A stretch of 46,660 nt of DNA, taken from positions 1-46,660 of the forward strand of contig JBDRPD010000035.1 in the NCBI GenBank assembly GCA_043827405.1, written 5' to 3'. Origin of the DNA: Elusimicrobiota bacterium. Lineage in GTDB: Bacteria; Elusimicrobiota; Elusimicrobia; UBA1565. Shown piece by piece: positions 37,123 through 45,062 of the stretch (positions are counted from its first letter, which is position 1; every line of letters begins with the position of its first letter). The translations under genes and the position numbers were made by a program. The notes under the pieces are model-generated. The model did no database searches, was not told the origin of the DNA, and was given only the letters and a program-made list of their open reading frames with translations.

Positions 37123-38055
37123 ATGAGATATATCCGATCGATTATTGCCGCGGCTGCGCTCCTGACGGCATTCACCGCCGCGGCATTTTGCCAAACGGCG
37201 CTCCCCGAATCCCCCGCGGAACCCGACTCACAAATCGATACTCGATGGCGCCCTTGGCATCGTTGGCCCCTTCCGCGTCCGGGACATCATGCCGTATTCT
37301 TTCCTCCCGGCGACATCTTTGCACCTCCGCTCGCCGATATCAAACAGCCCCGCTTTCATGCCAGCTGGCAGCACTATCATACGGACTTCGGCCGCTTTCG
37401 CGTCGGCTTCACGAGTTTCGGCGAGAATATCGGCTTGATCCGCTGGCCCGGGACCCGCGAGGGGGAGGGCGCGCAGCTCGGTATCAGCGGCGCGGTTTTC
37501 GCTATATTCAATCTCGACTCCGCCTCACACGATCTGCTCAACGCCGACTACGTTATCGGCTTCCCCCTGAGCATGCGCAGCGGACGCTGGTCGGCCCGGG
37601 CGCGGCTGTTTCACCAGTCTTCGCATCTCGGCGACGAATTCATCCTGACCTCGCAGCCGATCGCAGTAGAGCGGATCAATCTGAGCTACGAGATGCTGGA
37701 GACGCTGGTCTCCTGGGACTGCAAGGAGTACCGTATTTACGGCGGACCTTCGCGCATCCTTTCGACGGTCACTCCGCTCGATCGGCAGCGCGTCCAGCTC
37801 GGAGCGGAATACCGCGGCGCACGGGTTTCGCCGCTCCGGGGGCGGCCTATCGCCGGACTCGAATGGTCGGCATGGGAGGAGAACGCTTGGAGCGGCAATC
37901 TGGCGCTTAAGGCGGGCCTGCTCTTTGTTAGCCCCTATGATGAAGCGCGCGCGTTCAGATTGTTCGCGGAATACTACACCGGCCGGCTGCCGCACGGGCA
38001 GTTTTACAAACTCCGGGCGCAATACTGGGGTTTCGGCTTTGCCTTCTCGCTCTAA
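37123..38055 (+). CDS. DUF1207-like outer-membrane beta-barrel protein
   Basis: Signal peptide; FAPPLAD.KQPR, DLLNADYVIG, RLFHQSSHLGDEF, G..PHGQFY; terminal alternating aromatic strand. Start is 7 nt after TAGAAT. Confidence 0.8.
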   Translation: MRYIRSIIAAAALLTAFTAAAFCQTALPESPAEPDSQIDTRWRPWHRWPLPRPGHHAVFFPPGDIFAPPLADIKQPRFHASWQHYHTDFGRFRVGFTSFGENIGLIRWPGTREGEGAQLGISGAVFAIFNLDSASHDLLNADYVIGFPLSMRSGRWSARARLFHQSSHLGDEFILTSQPIAVERINLSYEMLETLVSWDCKEYRIYGGPSRILSTVTPLDRQRVQLGAEYRGARVSPLRGRPIAGLEWSAWEENAWSGNLALKAGLLFVSPYDEARAFRLFAEYYTGRLPHGQFYKLRAQYWGFGFAFSL

Positions 38056-38253
38056 ATGCCCCGTCCCAAACGAAAGAAAGCCAGCGGCCAATGCGTCTGC
38101 TGCCGCCGGGAGTTCGCCTTCTGCTGGAAGTGCCGCTGCGGCTTCGCCATCTGCCAGCCCTGCATGGACGGCAATACCTGGGGTATGACCTGCAACGGAG
38201 TGACCTGGGAATGCCCCGACTGCGGCGCGTGGAACAACTACGGCAGTTTCTGA
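38056..38253 (+). CDS. 65-aa cysteine-rich zinc finger, C4C4 RING-like
   Basis: 11 Cys; C13-x2-C16-x9-C26-x-C28-x4-C33-x2-C36-x16-C53-x2-C56; ATG abuts the upstream stop. Confidence 0.75.
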   Translation: MPRPKRKKASGQCVCCRREFAFCWKCRCGFAICQPCMDGNTWGMTCNGVTWECPDCGAWNNYGSF

Positions 38254-38316
38254 CCCCTTAAACTCCTAACAAATTAAGTCTGACACCAAGGCGGGAATTT
38301 AGTATAATATAGGCCT

Positions 38317-39351
38317 ATGAAAAAACTAATTTTAGCCGCTGTCGCCGCCGTACTGATAATCCCTTCCGCCCGTGCGGGCGCCGCCCAGGGCCTCAACGCC
38401 CAGAAGCTCGCGCAGGCGGCGTATCAGAACGAGACCCAAGGCCGCTATCTCGCGGCGATGGCGCAGCTGCGCGCCGCCATCCGCCTCGACAGCAAGGACC
38501 CGGTCCTGTATCTGCACGCCGCGCGCGTGCGGCTGATCATGGGCGACGAGACCCGCTCAGCCGGAAACCTCCAGCTGGCGATTCAGCGGGCCCGCGCGAT
38601 CGGCGCCTACGGCAAAACGGCCGCCAAGGTCCGCCAGGTGACCGGCTTTCAGCCGATCCTGACCTCCAAGCGCAACCAGCGCATACTCGACCTCTACGAC
38701 GCGGTGGAGACGGGGCTGCTCAGCGAAGAGGAAGCCGTTGAGCGCATCCATCAGCCCGAGGCGATGCGCGACGCCTTGTCCGGCCTGGCCGGACCCGGCG
38801 CCTTCCTCAACGGCGCCCTGACCCCGCCCGCCCTGGAAGTCGACGCGGCGCTCAATGCCCTGCCCGAGCGCTCGCAGGTGATTTGCCAGACCGCGGAATG
38901 CGCGCGGGTTCGCCTGGAAGCGGCCCTACAGCGCGGCAACGACGCCTTCACGGCGGAGATCTACGATGAGGCCGCCGCCAACTACGAGCTGGCGCTCACG
39001 ATATCCGACCTCGGGACCAGCCTGACGGCGGGCCAGCGCGGCGCGATCTACCTGCGCGTCGGCATCAGCCTGCGCCATATGGGGCTGGTCAATGAATCGG
39101 TCAAGCTGCTGACCATCGCCGCCAAGTCGCTGCCCGAGAGCGTCGAGGCCGAATACGAACTGGCGACCAGCCACAACCTGCTCGGCGAAGAGGAAACGGC
39201 GGTCGACCATCTGAAGCAAGCCTTCAACCGGGCGGCCCGGGCGGGCAGCTTCGACAAATGGCGCGCCCGCGCCGAGGCGGACGAGAACTTCGAGTCGGTG
39301 CGCTACTCCGGCCGCTTCAGCGAGCTGGTCGAAAAGTACACCGGCAAGTAA
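38317..39351 (+). CDS. Exported tetratricopeptide-repeat protein
   Basis: Signal peptide; several TPR-like helix pairs; ends A..D..F..VR...F. CTGACA-17 bp-TATAAT promoter 8 nt before the ATG. Confidence 0.85.
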   Translation: MKKLILAAVAAVLIIPSARAGAAQGLNAQKLAQAAYQNETQGRYLAAMAQLRAAIRLDSKDPVLYLHAARVRLIMGDETRSAGNLQLAIQRARAIGAYGKTAAKVRQVTGFQPILTSKRNQRILDLYDAVETGLLSEEEAVERIHQPEAMRDALSGLAGPGAFLNGALTPPALEVDAALNALPERSQVICQTAECARVRLEAALQRGNDAFTAEIYDEAAANYELALTISDLGTSLTAGQRGAIYLRVGISLRHMGLVNESVKLLTIAAKSLPESVEAEYELATSHNLLGEEETAVDHLKQAFNRAARAGSFDKWRARAEADENFESVRYSGRFSELVEKYTGK

Positions 39352-39362
39352 CCGCGCGACGC

Positions 39363-39551
39363 AGACGACAGGACCGGACATCGTCCTTCCTCTGCGCTAG
39401 GCAGCGGCTTACGCTTCGTCAGGACGATGTCCGGTCCTGTCGTTTATCCACCCCCTGGCAGCGGCAGCCGCCGCTGCCGCTCCGACGAAGCGTAGACCTG
39501 GCCTAGCGCAGAGGAGGAGCGGTAGCGGCGGATGCCGCACCGTCGGGGGGG
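39363..39551. repeat. Two long hairpins with mutually complementary loops between convergent genes
   Basis: Stem A 39365-39387/39421-39443 is a perfect 23 bp. Stem B 39461-39483/39516-39538 has 23 bp with 1 mismatch and 1 G-U. Loops 39388-39420 and 39484-39515 are reverse complements except for a central 6-7 nt. Confidence 0.9.
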
Positions 39552-39555
39552 GAGA

Positions 39556-40266
39556 TCAGCCGCTGGAGATGAGGCCGGCCTGGAGGCCTTTGACTACGGC
39601 CTCGGTGCGGTTCCTTACGTCGAACTTCTGGAACAGGTTGTTGAGGTGGTTCTTCACCGTCTTGACGTTGCAGCCGAGGTACTCGGCGATTTCCTTATTG
39701 CTCTTGCCCTCGCCCAAGGCCGCCAGGACCTTCATCTGCGTCTCGGTCAGGTTGCCCAACGGGGTGCCGAACAAATGCTGCGAACGGTTGATGCGCGCGA
39801 CCGCGCGCTGCATGACCAGCTGCGGGATCATGGTCCCTTGTTCAGCGAAGGTCTTGAGCGCCCGCACCAGTTCGGCGGTGGGCAGCTTTTTGGAGATGTA
39901 GCCGTAGGCGCCCGCTTTGACCGCCTGCATAACGTGCAGGTCGTCCTGATAGGCCGAGACCATGAGCACCTTGGCCTTGGGCAGGCTCTTGCGGATGGCC
40001 GCGGTAGCCTCGATGCCGTTCATCATCGGCAGCCCGATATCCATGAGAACGATGTCCGGCTTGAGGGCGCGCGCCATCTTCACCGCCTCGCGGCCGTCGC
40101 CCGCTTCACCGACGATCTGGATATTCTTCTCCGCGGACAGCCGGTCCTTGAGCACATCGCGAAACAGCACCTCGTCATCGGCGATGAGCAGCCGCAGCAC
40201 TATCCTGCCGGCACCCGACTTTTTCTTCTTCTCCGCTTTTTTCGCCGCCCGTTTTTTCATCGCCAT
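39556..40266 (-). CDS. NarL/LuxR family response regulator
   Basis: IADDE, LMDIGLP.MNG, GYISK, LTETQMKVL...G.SNKEIA...KTVKNH. TGATG coupling to the upstream gene. Confidence 0.95.
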   Translation of the reverse strand: MAMKKRAAKKAEKKKKSGAGRIVLRLLIADDEVLFRDVLKDRLSAEKNIQIVGEAGDGREAVKMARALKPDIVLMDIGLPMMNGIEATAAIRKSLPKAKVLMVSAYQDDLHVMQAVKAGAYGYISKKLPTAELVRALKTFAEQGTMIPQLVMQRAVARINRSQHLFGTPLGNLTETQMKVLAALGEGKSNKEIAEYLGCNVKTVKNHLNNLFQKFDVRNRTEAVVKGLQAGLISSG

Positions 40267-41126
40267 CACCCAGGCAGCGGCACCAGCCGCGGCCGGGTGC
40301 AGTATATGAGATTTACCAGCATCATTGCGCGCGTCATGCGTCCGATTCGGTTGCCGGGCACGGTGACGAAGCCGGCGCGGCCGGCGAGCGGTTCGACATC
40401 AATATTCCCCTGGTAGGATACGTCCACTACCGCGGCGCCGTCCTTCACCCAGGACGGATCGAGCCGGAAAGCCGCATCCGGCACCGCCGTGACCAGGATA
40501 TCGGCGCGCCGCACGCAGGCTTCGAGATCGGCGCCCGCGGTCTTGTCGTAGCACTTGACCACGGTAGCGCCGAGGTTCTCCAGCATCAAGCCCAAGGGTT
40601 TGCCGACGCGCATCGAGTTGTTGACAATCGTCACAAACGCCCCGTCGATACGGATCTCCGGGTACTCCTGCAGCGTCTTGACTACCGCCTTGGCGGTAGC
40701 GGGCACCACGCACTTGATCCCGCGCGCCGCCTCCAGGAAGCGCCGATACTTGATCAGGTAGCCGAGATTGATCGAATGCAGGCCCTCGATATCCTTATCG
40801 GGGGAGACCCTATCCATAATCTCGTCGTCCGGACGCCGCAGACCGAGCGGGTAAAAGACCACCATGCCCTGAACCGAGGGATCGCGGTTAAGGTCCTCAA
40901 TGGCGGCCGTCAGCTCCTGCTCGGAGCCGGCTTCGACGGAACGGACGCGGATGCCGAGCTTTTTCGCATCCTTGAGAATCAGATCGCGGTACTGGAGCGA
41001 TCCCGGGTCGGCTCCCCGCAGCAGCACCGCCGCGAGGCCCGGAGGCGCATCAAGACCCGCCAGGCGCTCGCGGACCCAGTCCAGATACGTCGCGGCGATG
41101 CGGCGGCTGTCGATAGTAACGGTCAC
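40266..41126 (-). CDS. folD: 5,10-methylene-THF dehydrogenase, FolD family (divergent, probably monofunctional)
   Basis: LNRDPSVQG, PDKDIEGLH, VPAT, VGKPL, ADILVTA, VKDGAAVVDV, G.MTRAMM..N. Confidence 0.85.
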   Translation of the reverse strand: MTVTIDSRRIAATYLDWVRERLAGLDAPPGLAAVLLRGADPGSLQYRDLILKDAKKLGIRVRSVEAGSEQELTAAIEDLNRDPSVQGMVVFYPLGLRRPDDEIMDRVSPDKDIEGLHSINLGYLIKYRRFLEAARGIKCVVPATAKAVVKTLQEYPEIRIDGAFVTIVNNSMRVGKPLGLMLENLGATVVKCYDKTAGADLEACVRRADILVTAVPDAAFRLDPSWVKDGAAVVDVSYQGNIDVEPLAGRAGFVTVPGNRIGRMTRAMMLVNLIYCTRPRLVPLPG

Positions 41127-41194
41127 GCGAATATTATAAGCAAATTCAAGTACTTGACGCGCCGGACGAGGTCTCTTAAGCTTTGTAGTACGGC

Positions 41195-41878
41195 ATGAAA
41201 AAATCCGGCTATTCCCGCGTATTCTGCGCCGCGCTCGCGCTGGTTCTGATCACCGCCGCGGGCTTGAGCGCGGCCGGCGCCAAGGGGAAAAAGCAAAAGC
41301 AGCGCGGCTGGGAGCACTACAAGCGTCGCGCCAACATCCTGAAGAAGCACCACGGCCGCAACAACCTCGACGACAAGGGCATCCTGAAAATTCTGGAGAG
41401 CGCCGGCGTGCTCGGGCCGGACAGCTCCGACTCGCAGGGCGGACACAAATCTTTCGCTAAAGGCTTCCAGCCGTTCAAGGTCCGCAAGTATCTCGGGATA
41501 TGGACGTGGCCGCTGCGCTACGGGATCGTCAGCTCGGAATACGGTCCGCGCTGGGGCAAAGAGCATAAAGGTCTGGACATCGCCGCTGACGAAGGCGACA
41601 AAATCTACGCTTCCGCGCCGGGCGAGGTCCTCTACTCGAGCGCTTCGGTCAAAGGCTACGGCAAGCTCGTCATCCTGCGCCACGACGAGCAGACCACCTC
41701 GCTCTACGCGCACAACTCCGAGCTCTTCGTGAAGAAAGGCCAGCACGTGCGCACCGGACAGGTCATCGCCGCGGTCGGCTCGACCGGACGCTCCACCGGA
41801 CCGCATATCCATTTCGAAATCCGCCGCCGCAGCAGCTCCGTCGACCCGCGTCAGCTCCTGCCGCGAGGACGCTTCTAG
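41195..41878 (+). CDS. M23 family metallopeptidase with signal peptide
   Basis: WPL, SEYGPRWGKEHKGLDI, YAHN, STGPHIHFE. TTGACG-17 bp-TAAGCT upstream. Confidence 0.93.
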   Translation: MKKSGYSRVFCAALALVLITAAGLSAAGAKGKKQKQRGWEHYKRRANILKKHHGRNNLDDKGILKILESAGVLGPDSSDSQGGHKSFAKGFQPFKVRKYLGIWTWPLRYGIVSSEYGPRWGKEHKGLDIAADEGDKIYASAPGEVLYSSASVKGYGKLVILRHDEQTTSLYAHNSELFVKKGQHVRTGQVIAAVGSTGRSTGPHIHFEIRRRSSSVDPRQLLPRGRF

Positions 41879-42612
41879 TGCGCCGCGCCCTGCTGTCGTC
41901 GGTCATGCTTCTCGGCCTCTCGCTGACGGCCCTGGGCGCGGCCGCCGGCTGCTATCTCGACACGCTGCTGAAAAATGCCGTCGAGCGCGTCGGCCCGACG
42001 CTCACCGGCACCCCGGTCAAAGTCGGGGCGGTGCGCACTTCGCTGCGTCGCGGCGAGCTGACGCTGCGCCGCTTTCAGGTGCGCAATCCGGAAGGATTCC
42101 GCATCCAGAACGCCTTCACCGCCGACCTTATCCGGGTGCGCATCCGCTGGACCAGCCTGCTGACCGATACCGTGGAGATCGAGGAAATCTGCGTCGAGAA
42201 GCCTACGGTCGTCTACGAAGGGCTCATCCTGCGCAACAATCTCAAGCATATCCGCCGCAATATCGGCTCCTTAACGGGCGGCCGGGACGGCGGCGGCGAG
42301 AGCCGCGGGGAGAAGCCCCGGAGCTACCGCGTCGAGCGCTTCCACGTCAGCGCCGGCGAGATCGTCGTCGGCTCGCGGCTGCTCGGGCGCGAGTCGGACC
42401 TGAAGCTCGGCCTGCCGGAGGTCGACGTGCGCGGCATCGGCGCGCAGGAGGGTGGAGCGAGCCTGCAGCAGGCCGCCGCCGAGCTTACCGGCGCGCTCAC
42501 CCGCTCGGCCGGCGAGGCGGTGCGCAGCTCGGAGGTCAAGGAAGACATCCTGCGCGCGGCCGAGCGCTGGCGCGAGATGATCATGCGCCGCCGGGAAAAG
42601 GAGCGGCCCTAA
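41878..42612 (+). CDS. AsmA-like (DUF748-type) protein
   Basis: N-terminal TM; TGTPVKVG.V, VRNPEGF....AF, IEEI....P.V.YE...N. Confidence 0.75.
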   Translation: MRRALLSSVMLLGLSLTALGAAAGCYLDTLLKNAVERVGPTLTGTPVKVGAVRTSLRRGELTLRRFQVRNPEGFRIQNAFTADLIRVRIRWTSLLTDTVEIEEICVEKPTVVYEGLILRNNLKHIRRNIGSLTGGRDGGGESRGEKPRSYRVERFHVSAGEIVVGSRLLGRESDLKLGLPEVDVRGIGAQEGGASLQQAAAELTGALTRSAGEAVRSSEVKEDILRAAERWREMIMRRREKERP

Positions 42613-42977
42613 GCGCCGCCGGAGAGCTCGCGGGGTCCGCGGGACTGGATGGAATCGCGAAAGCGCCGCAGCACCAGCAACTCGCGGCGAATTCGCGCGC
42701 ACGTTTCTAATGGATCTCCCTCGACGTCCTGGTTGATGCGGTGCCGCAGGATGACGAGTAGAACCTCGATGCGCGACGCGTACAGCAGACCTGCGAGATC
42801 GAGAAACAGCCCGGCGATGGCGAGCGCTTCCTTGCGCTCGCCGGAGTGAAGCAGCCGCTGGATCTTCCGCAGATGTTCCGGCGCCCAGGCCAGGAAGCGG
42901 TCGATGAGCATAATCATGAGACCGCGCTCGGCGAGCGACGATGAGTAGTATTTGATCTGCACCGGCGGCTCATCCAT
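42609..42977 (-). CDS. Hpt-like helical protein lacking the phosphoacceptor His
   Basis: LIDRFL..APEHL.KI...L.SG...A..IAG.F...AG.L.A.RI follows the Hpt pattern. TATCCT lies 8 nt before the ATG. Confidence 0.6.
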   Translation of the reverse strand: MDEPPVQIKYYSSSLAERGLMIMLIDRFLAWAPEHLRKIQRLLHSGERKEALAIAGLFLDLAGLLYASRIEVLLVILRHRINQDVEGDPLETCARIRRELLVLRRFRDSIQSRGPRELSGGA

Positions 42978-43025
42978 ACGCCGATAGGATAGCCGCAGCC
43001 GGCCGCGGCGCCACCCAACATTTGG

Positions 43026-44213
43026 TTAACTTTCCAGCGCCGGGAACTCGACGGCGACGGTGGTCCCCCGGCCGACCCCGGGGCTTTCGATACGAACCTC
43101 GCCGTCATGCTTCTGCGCGATCCAGCGCACGATGCTCAGACCCAACCCGGAGCCGCCCGCTTTGTCGCGGCTGGTCTGAAAGGGCTCAAAGAGCGCCTGC
43201 AGCTTCTCCGGGGCGATCCCATCGCCGGTATCGGTGAAGCGGAGGCGCACCCGGCCGCCGGCTGTTTCCTGCACCGCCGCCAGCGTCCCGCCCAACGGCA
43301 TCGCTTCGACGGCGTTGATGACGATATTGGTGAACAGCTGGACGAGATGGCGGCGGCTGCCTGCGATCATGACGCCATCGTCGAGCTCGCGGACCACCAC
43401 AATCTCGCGGTCTTCCAGCTGCACGCGCAGGGTCTCGAGGACATGCATGAGCGGCTCGGCGGCCGGTAGAGGACTGAGCGCAAGTTGCGAGGGCTTGGTG
43501 AACTCCAGGAAATTGCGCAGGATCTCGGAGGCGCGCTCGGCCTCCTGCTCGATCATCAGCAGCGGTTCAGCTACGTCTTTGCCGCCCCGCAACAGCTCCC
43601 GCACGTATTCCACATTGAGGACGATGGTCCCCAACGGCGTTTTGACCTCGTGCAGGACCCCGGTCAGCGCCTTGCCCACCGTCGACAAATGCTTCATCCA
43701 GGCCAACTGTTCCTCGTACTGTCCCTTCGCCGCACTCTCCACTGTCCGCGCCTGATCCGCCATAAAGGTGCTGAAAAAGGCGGTCACCATCAAAATCGCC
43801 AGGTTCATCAGCTTTTCCGGATGATAGATGGAGTCGTACTCCGCCAGGCTGATATGGCCGTAGATGAAGCACACCACCCCGGCGATCAGGAAGCTGAACG
43901 CGGGGCGGTTGAGCAAGGTGGAGCTGAGCACCACGACGAAGAAGGCCAGGTAGTAGTCCGTCGAATGGCCCGGCGACTTGTACAGCGCCAGGACGGTCAC
44001 CAGGATATCAATGATGAAGGTCCACGGGCTCCACTGGGTCTTCAAAATACCCTGTGATTCAAGGATATACAGCAGTACCGCACAGGCGCCGTAGCCCACG
44101 CACAGGCTGATCAGCCAGCCCACGCCCTTTTCGGCCTCGGGGGCGTAAAGGGACTGCAGAACCACCGTCAACAGCAGGATAACGCGAAAGAGCAGCAGGT
44201 ACTTGGCCGTCAT
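43026..44213 (-). CDS. Membrane sensor histidine kinase (about 5-6 TM, HisKA, HATPase)
   Basis: LHEVKTPL, NIVINAVEAM, DTGDGI, GSGLGL. Start ATG 44213; the extension to 44528 overlaps the divergent regulator and is rejected. Confidence 0.92.
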   Translation of the reverse strand: MTAKYLLLFRVILLLTVVLQSLYAPEAEKGVGWLISLCVGYGACAVLLYILESQGILKTQWSPWTFIIDILVTVLALYKSPGHSTDYYLAFFVVVLSSTLLNRPAFSFLIAGVVCFIYGHISLAEYDSIYHPEKLMNLAILMVTAFFSTFMADQARTVESAAKGQYEEQLAWMKHLSTVGKALTGVLHEVKTPLGTIVLNVEYVRELLRGGKDVAEPLLMIEQEAERASEILRNFLEFTKPSQLALSPLPAAEPLMHVLETLRVQLEDREIVVVRELDDGVMIAGSRRHLVQLFTNIVINAVEAMPLGGTLAAVQETAGGRVRLRFTDTGDGIAPEKLQALFEPFQTSRDKAGGSGLGLSIVRWIAQKHDGEVRIESPGVGRGTTVAVEFPALES

Positions 44214-44238
44214 GACCCCACTTATATAATATCTAGCC

Positions 44239-44943
44239 GTGGCCTCAAACATTCTGATCATCGAGGACGATGCGGCCTTCCGCAAGACCGTCACCAATAT
44301 CCTGCGCCTGCACGGCTTTACCGCCGCCGCGGTGCCAAGCGGAAAAGCCGGCGTCAAACGCGCCGAAAAAGAACCGCCCGACCTGGTACTGCTGGACCTC
44401 GTCATGCCGGGGATGTCCGGGCTCGAGGTCTGCCAGGCGCTCAAACAGGAAGAGCATACCGCCGGCATCCCGATCCTGATCTTGACCGGCGAGGACAAGG
44501 ACGGGCAAGACATCGCCTGTCTCGACATGGGCGCCGATGACTATCTGACCAAACCGGTCAAGACGGAGCGTCTGATCGCGCATTGCCGCGCCCTGCTGCG
44601 GCGCACCAAAAGCGCCGCTACCGCGTCGCCGCATCTGCAGCTGGGGGACCTGACTTTGGATCATGACGCGAAACGCGTTTCGCTGAAGGGACGCGACTAT
44701 CCCCATCTCACGCCCAAGGAGTTCGATCTGCTCTACCATCTGGCTTCCTGCAGCCCCAAGCCGCAGGATCGCGAGACCCTCTACCGCAAAGTGTGGGGGA
44801 TGGAGCCGCCTTCGCCCGGAAGCCTCAAGACGGTTGAAGTCCATGTCCGACGCATCCGCCTGAAGCTGGGCTGGAGCGCCAAACAGTGGCTCACGGCCGT
44901 CTCGGGCCGGGGCTACAGCCTGACCCCTCCCGGCGGGAATTAG
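44239..44943 (+). CDS. OmpR/PhoB family response regulator
   Basis: IIEDD, LLDLVMPGMSG, GADDYLTKP, LTPKEFDLL, TVEVHVRRIR.KL, GRGY. Confidence 0.95.
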   Translation: MASNILIIEDDAAFRKTVTNILRLHGFTAAAVPSGKAGVKRAEKEPPDLVLLDLVMPGMSGLEVCQALKQEEHTAGIPILILTGEDKDGQDIACLDMGADDYLTKPVKTERLIAHCRALLRRTKSAATASPHLQLGDLTLDHDAKRVSLKGRDYPHLTPKEFDLLYHLASCSPKPQDRETLYRKVWGMEPPSPGSLKTVEVHVRRIRLKLGWSAKQWLTAVSGRGYSLTPPGGN

Positions 44944-45062
44944 CATCATCGCCGATACCCTAGCCCGCGCGACCGGTTTCTTCAACCAAACTTTCTCTTA
45001 ACAAAGAGTTCAGCGGATGTTTGGGGGCGGATTTCGTCCGCCTGCGTCATCCTATGGTCAGG

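Noticed and set aside
38059..38079. PRPKRKK as a nuclear localisation signal of a host effector
   Set aside because: Basic N-termini are common in this window (6724, 40266) and the protein has no export signal.
39484..39515. Hammerhead ribozyme (GACGAA resembles GACGAAAC)
   Set aside because: The CUGANGA core and GAAA are absent in the required arrangement on both strands.
44214..44528. N-terminal extension of the minus-strand kinase
   Set aside because: Antisense to the response regulator; the real start is ATG 44213.
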